From: Octopus sinensis
Lineage: Eukaryota
DNA length: 32,079 bases
Direction: 5' to 3'
Assembly (NCBI RefSeq): GCF_006345805.1
Contig: NW_021829674.1
Location: 1 to 32,079 of the forward strand
The first letter of the stretch is position 1; each line of letters opens with the position of its first letter. This document shows, in pieces, positions 22,860 to 32,079 of the stretch. The notes under the pieces were generated by a model. The model was not told the origin of the DNA and did not search any database. It saw only the letters and a list, made by a program, of their open reading frames with translations. The translations under genes and the position numbers were made by a program.

Positions 22860-23640
22860 ACAAGCGTTTGCACGTCGGCCAAAAGCCTTGCGATATTTCT
22901 TTTGACTTTTTTATGTCCTGAATTCAAATTACGCTGAGGTCAGCTTTGCTTTTCATCCTTTTGTGGTCGATATAATAATAAAGGCGGTGAGCTGGCAGAA
23001 ACGTTAGCACGCCGGGTGAAATGCTTAGCGGTATTTCGTCTGCCGTTACGTTCTGAGTTCAAATTCCGCCGAAGTCGACTTTGCCTTTCATCCTTTAGTG
23101 GTCGATAAATTAAGTACCAGTTACGCACTGGGGTCGATGTAATCGACTTAATACCTATGTCTGTCCATGTTTGTTTCCTCTATGTTTAGCCCCTTGTGGG
23201 TAATAAAGAAATAGGTATTTCGTCTGCCGTTACGTTCTGAGTTCAAATTCCGCCGAGGTCGACTTTGCCTTTCATCCTTTAGTGGTAGATAAATTAAGTA
23301 CCAGTTACGCACTGGAGTCGATGTAATCGACATTAATTCGTGTGTCTGTCCTTGTTTGTCCTCTCTGTGTTTAGCTCCTTGTGGGTAGTAAAGAAATAGG
23401 TATTTCATCTGCCATTAGGTTCTGAGTTCAAATTCCGCCGAGGTCGACTTTGCCTTTCATCCTTTTGGGGTCGATAAATTAAGTACCAGTTACGCACTGG
23501 GGTCGATATAATCGACTTAATCCGTTTGTATGTCCTTGATTTTCCTCTCTGTGTTTAGCCCCTTGTGGGTAGTAAAGAAATAGACATAATAATAAAGTAC
23601 TGAGATCATATACTGAGATCGATTATATTGACTAATCCCC
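22860..23640 (+). mobile_element. Old SINE family A copy split by the insertion at 22983-23585
   Basis: The left part (...gaattcaaattacgctgaggtcagctttgcttttcatcc...gtcgat) continues after the insertion as aagtactg...actgagatcgattatattgactaatcccc. Confidence 0.6.
22983..23585 (+). mobile_element. SINE family A: one 47-bp head plus three tandem ~185-bp bodies
   Basis: Units start at ggtattt 23030, 23214 and 23399; the flanking direct repeat ataataataaag lies at 22972-22983 and 23586-23597. Confidence 0.93.
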
Positions 23641-23872
23641 ACGCGTGAAAAAAACTGGCCTTTTGCATCAATTAGAAAACATTATTATCAAAATGGCGCA
23701 AGACAACCAGCCGGTAAAATTGTTAGTTTTGGAAGAAATGTTTATTATGGTTCTTTACGTTCTAATTTAAAATCCTGCTGACATCACCTTGACTTTTGCT
23801 GTTTCAGAAGTGACATAAGGTAAATGACTTGTCTAATCACTGGCCTTGTGCCAAAATTTGAAGCAAAAATTA

Positions 23873-24060
23873 TTATTACTCTGTGCGTGTAAGCAAAAGC
23901 AGGGTATTGTAATCACTCGTCTTTGTTTGTTTGTTTGTCTGTGTGTTTGCAAAAGTACTGGAAAACAGCTGAACGGATTTTCAACAAATTTGGCAGAAAT
24001 ACTCATCGGGTGAGTTTGCTCAAAATGATGAAAATTTGGTTTATCTCCAAATATACATAA
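23873..24060 (+). mobile_element. Probable Helentron-associated (HINE/DINE-1-like) element fragment
   Basis: Motif order ...gggtattgtaatcactcgtc, (tttg)n microsatellite, then aaaacagctgaacggattttcaacaaatttggcagaa resembles HINE cores; no termini confirmed. Confidence 0.5.
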
Positions 24061-24189
24061 ATACATACATCGATATGCGACTCTGTGTGTGTGTGTGCGT
24101 GTGTGTGTGCGTGCGTGTATGTACAATGACGGATTTGAGGTTTTTGTTTATTTACGAGTTGATTTCTTAATTTCACCGGAGTATAAATA

Positions 24190-24328
24190 TTAGGTTGTCC
24201 CAAAAGTTCGTAAACACTTTCGAATTGAATTTTTACTCGCCAAGTACTAACAAAAACAACAAAAATTATTCCTCAAAATAAAGACCATTATTTTCCAAGA
24301 CTTTCTACGATCTTTTGGGACAACCTTA
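24190..24328 (-). mobile_element. 139-bp mariner-derived MITE
   Basis: 23-bp TIRs ttaggttgtcccaaaagttcgta / tacgatcttttgggacaacctta (21/23); TA on both flanks; minus strand retains the transposase end KVLENNGLYFEE*. Confidence 0.9.
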
Positions 24329-25153
24329 TAATTATAATGGTGATGCTTAAAAAAAATATCTGCGCGCCGGGTATGCATCACCCCGTCCGACTCCATTTTT
24401 TCATAGTAGTTTTTTTTTCATCGAGTGCAGATTTTATCTCACGCAGTTAGTTTGTCTTCGACTTTGTTACAAGAACTTCCTTAATTAAGCTATCACTTGA
24501 CTACTTAATGATTGCTTCCAAAACGAGTGAGTTTTGATTTAATTCTCAGTACATTTTGAGAGAGAGGAAAAAGGGGGAATGTTATTGAATATTTTATTTC
24601 CTGTTTGTTCAACATCGTTCGAAATTTGGATATGGATATCACTAGATATGATATCATATTTTCATACTACGTAGACTAAGTTCTTCGTTGACAGACCACC
24701 GTTATATGGCACCTTAGTCTGTTAGGTGAAGATTTTAAATTTAGTTCATCGACGTTGTGGAGTTTTTTTATGCAGTAGGCAGCACGGTCAAATGGTTTAA
24801 GTTAAGACACACGATTTCATTGCCGTAGATGATCTTACTACGTTCGTCCACCCCCACCTACACTCATTCATATAAATGTATGTATGCATGAATGTGTGTC
24901 TGTATGCATGTATTTATGTCCATGCTGGAAAGTTCAAAGGATAGATGCCAGACTACTATGGACCACTTCTTCGAAGAGGTAAAAATGGGTTTGCATAGGG
25001 CCAACACCCCTACATAAAATGAGAAAAGTTACAGAAGTATACTTTATACATATACTCTATACACATATGTATACTTTATAGAAGTATACTTTATACATAC
25101 ATGTATAAAGTATACAGAAGTATACTTTATACAAATACAGAAGTATATGATAA

Positions 25154-25384
25154 GGCGGCGAGCCGGCGGAAACGTTAGCACGCCGGGCGAAACGGTTAGC
25201 GGCATTTCGTCTGCTGCTACTTTCTGAGTTCAAATTCCGCCGAAGTCGACTTTGCCTTTCATCCTTTCGGGGTCGATAAATTAAGTAGCAGTTGCACACT
25301 GGGGTCGATGTAATCGACTGGATCACTTTGTCTGTCCTGGATTGTCCCCTCTATGTTTGGCCCTCTGTGGGCAATAAAGAAGTG
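25154..25384 (+). mobile_element. SINE family A monomer with 15-bp TSD
   Basis: TSD agaagtatatgataa at 25139-25153 and 25385-25399. Confidence 0.92.
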
Positions 25385-26177
25385 AGAAGTATATGATAAT
25401 ACAAAAGCAACAAGAGTAGGGAAGAAGCAGAAAAACAGCACAGTGTCGAAAAAATTAGAGAAAACACGTTGATGGCCTATGCTTCATTGGGAGAGAAGTG
25501 CTTAAGTAAGTATGAGAAGAAATGGGATGATATAAAGTGAAGTATGCTAGAGAGAGATTGCTCGTCAGAGTAATTTTACGCTGTATAACCATCAATTATA
25601 TGTAACACTTTGGATACCAACCTGCCCTATGATTAAAACTTCATGTACAAAGAGAGCTAAATTAAAATTTGCATTTTAAATTTCCTGTTAATTTATGTTC
25701 CAATTAGCAGCATAATTGCGATCAGGATAGTTTATTTAAAAAAATATCATTTTCAAATTAAGTTGAAATAAATGCAGCGTAGTTCAACAGGAATGTGATA
25801 ACAAAAGGGTTAACCTCCAGCCAAAAGGTTTTAACCCTCAGCCAACATGTGAGAACCTACCTTGCTTGCCTTGACACCAGAATCGCTCAGGGGCTCTTTC
25901 AGGATGACGAAACGCATTCAATATCCGGTGGAGAACAGAAGGCATAGTAAAGCTGGCTCTGACCCAATTTAACGATATCTCGATTTAATTACTGCATGCC
26001 TTTTTTTCTTTATACAATTTCCTACTCATTCTGTGTTTTATCTACAAAACTTTCGTCCGTCTACTTTATAACATTCTCATCATTTCGCTGTATTTATATC
26101 ACTGTCCATTCCTAAATGCTTTTCCGACTGCTATGATTAACGTCCATCATTGCATTCTATATTCCAAGGTGTTGTGG

Positions 26178-26178
26178 C

Positions 26179-26210
<32 letters not shown>

Positions 26211-26279
26211 TATTATTATTATTATTATTATTATCATTATTATTATTATTGCCGTTGTTGTTGTTGCTGTTGCTGTTAC

Positions 26280-26352
<73 letters not shown>

Positions 26353-26480
26353 ATTATTATTATTCACATTGATGTTGTTGTCATTACCATCATCATCATC
26401 TTCATCATCACGATTACTGTCAGTATTATTATTACTGTTGTTGTTGTTATTATTATTATTATTATCATTATTATTATTAT
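26178..26480. repeat. (ATT)n/(GTT)n/(CAT)n trinucleotide array
   Basis: Directly visible simple repeat. Confidence 0.95.
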
Positions 26481-26664
26481 GTTTGTATTTGGTGTGTTTT
26501 TTTTATTATTTATTTCTACTTCTATGCCTTTTATGGTTTCCTGAAATTAATGAGTTCTACGAACTCTGCGAAAATGTCTATGCTGTGTTATACTTCTTCT
26601 CAAGCCCCAACCTCATGTCGCCATTATCATGTATCTGTCTACTGTCTGCTTTTTTGTTCGTCAT

Positions 26665-26701
<37 letters not shown>

Positions 26702-26743
26702 ACACACACACACACACACATATAAATGTATATATATACATAC

Positions 26744-26778
<35 letters not shown>

Positions 26779-26793
26779 CACAATATATATATA

Positions 26794-26824
<31 letters not shown>

Positions 26825-27457
26825 TTATTTATACATATGTGAGTGTGCGTGTGCGTCTGTGTGTGTTGTGTGTGTGTGTATGTGTGTCTTTGTAGTTGCA
26901 CGAATCATATGAAACTAAGCACTACAACTTTAATCCTCTGAAATAAGTTATTTAAACATCACTGAGAGTGCACAACAAATCAAAACCTGGTCAGTGTTTT
27001 TGAATATATGTATAATAATGTTCGTCCGTCATTGTCGACGATGACTAAGACGTGACACGGAAGAAGAGGATGGGTTATAACGTGTCCGGATGTGGCCAGC
27101 CAGACCAATAAGGGCTCTGAGGTTTCTGCCGCAGGGTGGATAGCGGTTGTCTTCTGAGAACGAAGGCAAGGAGTTGGCTTAAGACCTGCACCGCTCATGT
27201 CTTGTTGGTGCTCCTGCGATTCTTTTCTTTTAGTAGTAGGTGGCAGTCCTGTGCTTGCATATTGTAGCCGAAACAGCTGTAAACTAATGAAGTTCATGAA
27301 TACGTATATATTCAATTGTGTGCCTGTATGTATGTAGAAATATATATGTGTGTATATATGTATGTCTATTCTCTCTACAAGAATGGGAAGTAAAAATACT
27401 TTTTAGCAACGAGGTAAATGTGTAAAGAACATAAATTATAAGAGACACATACAAACG

Positions 27458-27503
<46 letters not shown>

Positions 27504-27509
<6 letters not shown>

Positions 27510-27616
27510 CTGGCTGATAGGTTCATAGACTGGCCAAGATACTCTAATAGAATGTGACCAAACGAGGTTTATTTTTCAATATAGTCCTCTTTGCTATCCG
27601 TATACTTCTTCCATCG
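27504..27616 (-). mobile_element. Mariner 3' end relic
   Basis: Minus strand 27616-27569 encodes RWKKYTDSKEDYIEK*, a mariner C-terminal pattern, followed by a TIR-like end (cgagggctggctgataggttc on the plus strand). Confidence 0.65.
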
Positions 27617-27649
27617 TACGTGTGTGTGTATGCGCGCGTGTATGTGAGG

Positions 27650-27900
27650 TCACTGCAGGGCATAGTGGCTGGAGTGTTGCATTCACGATCGCTAGATCGG
27701 ATTTTCAATTCCTTAACCAGGTGGTGCTTTGAGTTCTTGAGCAAAACTCTTCATCTGTTGTTTTTCTACGATCGCTTCGACACCTGACGTGTGGTACACA
27801 GTGCACCATATCAGACGACGTCGATTGGAAGGGGAAAGTGAGCTAATATGCGCCCTGAACATTTGATGAATCACTATAAATAAACCATTTGTGCAGGTGA
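27650..27900 (+). mobile_element. Degraded SINE-like element, family E
   Basis: Weak tRNA-like head (agtggctggagtg...ttttcaattcc) followed by ttcttgagcaaaac, resembling the post-head motif of families B and D. Confidence 0.4.
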
Positions 27901-28399
27901 TTACGTTGTCTTCGACGGGAGAGTCCACCATATATATATATACAGTATAAATGTATGTGTGTGTGTGTGTGTATATATATATTATATATATATATATATA
28001 TATAGGGTAGAGAATATTCTTTAAAATTTCACCACCAGTGGCCTAGCATGTATAAAGAAATTTGAAACCTAGGTTTAACCGCAAAAAATAACAAGGTAAA
28101 AGTTTTTAGGTTTCATTCCCTTCGAAAATTGATGTTATATGTGGTTTTGGTTGTTTTGACCGCATCTTCTAGCATGTAAAAATGACCTGTTAAAGGTAGT
28201 TTTCTCTTGTGTTAAATGTACACTATTATATATATATATATATATATTATATATAATTATATATACATATACATATATATTATATATATATATATATATA
28301 TAATATATATCATAGACCATATATATATAATATATATATATATAATATATAAATATTATATATATATATATATATATATCTATATAATATATATACATC

Positions 28400-28635
28400 T
28401 ATAATATTAATTCGAGCAAAACCACATTTTGCAAAACAAACAAAGAAAGACTTAATCAATACATAATCTGTTTTAAAACAGATTAGGAGATCGAAAATCA
28501 CCTGACGAATGTCATTGAAGACATGAAACGATTGTAGTGGCTGTTTATTTCTTTATATTAAAATTTTTATGTATTGATTAAGTCTTGTTTTGTTTGTTTT
28601 GCAAAATAGTGGTTTTGTCTCGAATTAATATTATA
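28400..28635. repeat. Fold-back element: ~68-bp inverted arms, 100-bp spacer containing a hammerhead
   Basis: 28400-28466 versus 28567-28635 inverted, with 2 substitutions and two 1-nt indels. Confidence 0.93.
28498..28540 (+). ncRNA. Minimal type I hammerhead ribozyme motif
   Basis: Stem I tcac/gtgg; core CTGACGA 28502-28508; perfect 5-bp stem II ATGTC/GACAT; GAAA 28525-28528; stem III AC/GT with GATT loop; GTA triplet with predicted cleavage after 28536. Confidence 0.78.
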
Positions 28636-28735
28636 TAATATTTTACTATAAAATTGGATTTAATCCTAAACTGATTTTTTCCCTGTAAATTTGATTTATT
28701 CCCTAATATTTTTATTATTTATATATATATATATA

Positions 28736-28767
<32 letters not shown>

Positions 28768-28798
28768 ATACATATATATATACATATATACATTATAT

Positions 28799-28842
<44 letters not shown>

Positions 28843-28991
28843 GGAGTTACACTCTTGGATAATTTATCCCCCTATACTCATCGTACGACGTCATTATCAC
28901 ACTGCGATATAGGTTCCCAGAATGTTTTCAAGCTGGAGACAGATTGTAATCAGGTGGGTTAAAGTTAGTAGAATATATATGTGTATATATA

Positions 28992-29035
<44 letters not shown>

Positions 29036-29325
29036 CATATGAGGTGTTTTGTTCCCTTTTTTTCCCTGATGGGATGTAGGCTTTAATATTCTTGGCACTT
29101 ACATGAACTATAGCTACACTGGTAACTAATGATATATAACACATTTTAAATTGTGGCTTATTAGCAATTAAAACTTAAAGGCACAAAAATAACAGATGGT
29201 TTTGACTGGCACCGCTTTTGCTAAAAATGAGAGATAAAATAGCTCGAAAACCATAAACGGCTTGTATTATAACCACTGACCTCAGTTTGTTAGTCATTAA
29301 GTTCAACGTTGTTTTGGCTTTCGAG

Positions 29326-29359
<34 letters not shown>

Positions 29360-29362
<3 letters not shown>

Positions 29363-29624
29363 GGATCCGGGACCCCCTTCGGTCAGGACACTGACCATGG
29401 GATTGCACCTAGAAAGTTACCCTCCTAGTCACAAGTCTGGGCATGGTTGTTTATGGAAGACCAGCAGTCGCCCATGCATACCGGCCTCCCCTCTCCACGC
29501 CACCAGTGTTATCCAAGGGAAAGGCAAAGGGGCCGATACAGCTTGGCACTCGTGACGTCGCAATTCATTTCTACAGCTGAGTGAACTGGAGCAACGTGAA
29601 ATAAAGTGTCTTGCTCAAGGACAC
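29360..29624 (-). mobile_element. Headless SINE fragment, family D
   Basis: Central domain cagctgagtgaactggagcaacgtgaaataaagtgtcttgctcaaggacac is shared with 15469-15485 and 31277-31345; it has a distinct GC-richer tail. Confidence 0.6.
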
Positions 29625-29745
29625 ATATATATATATACTTTCCTGATTTGACCTCATATATATATATATATATATCCTCTCATGATTTGACCTCATCTTA
29701 CAACTATCTACCTACAACTTGATTTTGTTGTTGTAAGGCACGAAA

Positions 29746-30025
29746 TAAAGTATAAAAAACAATTAAATTTTTTTAAAAATCTTTCCATAGTTTTCAAATA
29801 CAAGGGACATTTTCCTTTTTTCTGCCTCCTCTCTCTCTCTCTCTCTCTCTCTCTCGCTCTCTCTCTTACTTTGCTGTTAACTACCTAGAACCCACTAGAG
29901 TAAAAAAGAGAGAGAGATAATGAGAAGAAAGGAAAATGTCCCTTGTATTTGAAAATTAGGGATATATTTTTTAAAATAAACATTTCATTTCATTTTTCCA
30001 CAATTTAATTGTTTTTCTTACTTTA
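29746..30025. repeat. Imperfect fold-back element with (CT)n/(AG)n inner arms
   Basis: Perfect 28-bp inverted pair 29791-29818/29928-29955; outer pair 29746-29769/30002-30025 (22/24). Confidence 0.88.
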
Positions 30026-30200
30026 CACAAAATTTGAAATGTCGCAATGATTGAAACCGGCACTAAAATGTTTTTCATGATGAAATTATATTAGCATTTT
30101 CTACCTTGTCTTATTTTCCTTAAACATATCATCTCGTGATTTCCTTTTCAACCTACTACAAACACACACACATATATATAAAGGTATTTATATATACAGA

Positions 30201-30246
<46 letters not shown>

Positions 30247-30280
30247 ACACACACCAAACATATTATATATATATATATAA

Positions 30281-30351
<71 letters not shown>

Positions 30352-31034
30352 AATTAATAATATATATACATATATATATGTATATGCATATATATATATA
30401 TATACGCATATATTTCGGTATATGTATACGAGTAGAACGTATACACAAACACACACACTCACACACATACATACATACATACATACATACATACATACGT
30501 ACATACATACATACATACGTACATACATAAATATACACATGTATGTGTGTATGTGTTTGAGTGTGTGTCTCTGTGCCTGCGTGTGTCTGTGTGTGTCTGT
30601 GCCCGTCTTGTTGAAACCAACAGAATTTGTTTTAGGTATTTAATAGCTTTTGATACAAAACACAAGGCTTCTTTTCACAAATACATTAACAATATATAAA
30701 ATGAAATATCTCTCTTTTGAATTAATACTGAGTACAAGCCGCAAAATGTCCATTAAAGAAAATTGATATCTCTGTCTATATTGGCGTTTCTCAAACGGTG
30801 TGCCTCGTGGGAGGTATATAAGGGCGCCTCGGGTTTGTAAAATTATAAATTAGACCTTTACAAAATCGATAGCAGATAAATAGTCGAGCCGTATGAGAAA
30901 TATTTTATTCATAATTTTACTGTACATGACTAATAAAATAATGCAAATCATATGCAGTGACTATGTTTTCACACACGTAGATAAATAACGTCTTAGAGCG
31001 AGGATACACTTCTTTAAGTTATTCAATATCTTCT

Positions 31035-31545
31035 GTCTGTTATCTCTTGTATATTTCTGTCATCAGACTGCGGCCATGCTGGGGCGACACCTTGAAGAAT
31101 TTTACTTGAGCGAATTGACCCCACCATATTTTTGCTTTTATTATGAAAATAAATAAAACTAAATGCGCCCTTTTTAAAGCCTAGCCCGGCTCATGGGTCC
31201 GGTTTCCCGATTTCTATGGCGTATGTGTTCCCCAGATGGGTGGGACGCCAGTCCGTCGCAGCATTACTCATTTTTGCCAGCTGAGGGGACAGGAGCAACA
31301 TGTATATGTACATCTGTGTATGTATGTTTTGCTCAAAGAACACAACGCGTAGCCCGGTCCAGGAATCGAAACCACAATCTTACGATCATGGTGCTGACAC
31401 CCTAACCATTAAGCCACTCGCCTCCACTTTATTATGAAAGCTTTGTACTTATTCTATCGGTCTTGTTTGCCAAACTGCTACGTTACGGGAACGTAAACAC
31501 ACCAAGACCGGTTATCAAGCGGTGATGAAGGCAAATATAGTCACA
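31035..31545 (-). mobile_element. SINE family C 3' segment, interrupted by a family B SINE
   Basis: gactgcggccatgctgggg...gaattgacccc resumes after the insertion as gtacttattctatcggtc...accaagaccggttatcaagcggtg. Confidence 0.75.
31149..31427 (-). mobile_element. tRNA-headed SINE family B with 12-bp TSD
   Basis: TSD tttattatgaaa at 31137-31148 and 31428-31439; head and tail match the 11566 copy. Confidence 0.87.
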
Positions 31546-31669
31546 AAGACACACACGTATACACTTGCGCGTGCGGGCACACGTACTTTCACCTATATGC
31601 ATACATAGATATATATGTAACGTTATCCGCGCTTGTGTACCTTTTTGTCCGAGTCTGTCCCCATACCTC

Positions 31670-32075
31670 AGCTTGGCAACCAGTGTTGGTCTGTTTATGT
31701 CCCTGTAACATAGCAGTTCTCCAAATGAGATCAAGACAATAAGTTCAAGAGCTAAAAAGTACTGGGGTCAATTTTTTTTATTTCTTTACTCCCCACAAAG
31801 GGCTAAACACAGAGGAGACAAACAAGGACAGACAAACGGATTAAGTCGATTACATCGACCCCAGTGCTTAACCGGTACTAAATTTATCGACCCCAAAAGG
31901 ATGAAAGGCAGAGTCGACCTCGATGGAATTTGAACTCAGAACGTAACGGCAGACGAAATACCGGTAAGCATGTCGCCCAGCGTGCTAACGTTTCTGCCAG
32001 CTCACCGCCTTCACTGGGGCAATTTTCTCGATTAAAACTGTACTAGGCGATGCATCAACATGATTCCAGTCCGTC
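31670..32075 (+). mobile_element. SINE family C 3' segment, interrupted by a family A SINE
   Basis: ttggcaaccagtgttggtctgtttatgtccctgtaac...aagtactggggtcaattt resumes after the insertion as tctcgattaaaa...ggcgatgcatcaacatg. Confidence 0.6.
31779..32009 (-). mobile_element. SINE family A monomer
   Basis: Reverse-complement homologue of 12767-12996; imperfect TSD actgggg(t)caatttt at 31761-31775 and 32013-32026. Confidence 0.92.
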
Positions 32076-32079
32076 CGTC

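Noticed and set aside
23030-23583. Regularly spaced repeats suggestive of a CRISPR-like array
   Set aside because: Units are whole 185-bp SINE bodies with no unique spacers, in a eukaryotic context.
25030-25150. Degenerate agaagtatactttataca minisatellite
   Set aside because: An ordinary short local tandem expansion.
25902-25945. Peptide DDETHSISGGEQKA after an acceptor-like tctttcag, resembling an ABC signature
   Set aside because: An in-frame TAG follows immediately and there are no other ABC motifs in the window.
29644-29696. 14-bp direct repeat tgatttgacctcat around a short (TA)n
   Set aside because: Most simply a small slippage duplication; nothing identifiable is inserted between the copies.
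30785-30835. ttctcaaacggtgtgcctcg resembling a hAT-type terminus
   Set aside because: No matching second terminus or 8-bp TSD found.
31050-31071. CTGATGA-CA-GAAA on the minus strand
   Set aside because: No stem II, stem III or NUH; it is a point variant of the SINE C tail.

Overview
Eukaryotic, AT-rich DNA saturated with microsatellites and transposon relics. The SINE families and repeat landscape look like Octopus (cephalopod) intergenic or intronic sequence; this is inferred from familiarity, not from a search. I find no intact host gene, true tRNA/rRNA gene or CRISPR array, and almost all listed ORFs are translations of simple repeats. The window holds a decayed full-length mariner with both TIRs (4390-5593), several Tc1/mariner-type MITEs and relics, and four 5'-truncated R4/Dong-clade non-LTR retrotransposon pieces with (TAA)n tails. 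It also holds a fixed-length ~550-bp TAA-flanked element in two copies, about 20 SINE copies or fragments in five families (my labels A-E, several with TSDs, nested or tandemly trimerised) and a probable Helentron-associated element. The most unusual signal is a set of fold-back (inverted-repeat) elements clustered at 16.1-18.3 kb and 28.4-30.0 kb. Two of them carry recognisable minimal type I hammerhead ribozyme motifs (17710-17753 +, its inverted mutated partner 16526-16569 -, and 28498-28540 +), of the kind known from Penelope-like elements and retrozymes. One hammerhead-bearing arm is split by an unclassified 841-bp insertion with a 19-bp target-site duplication.
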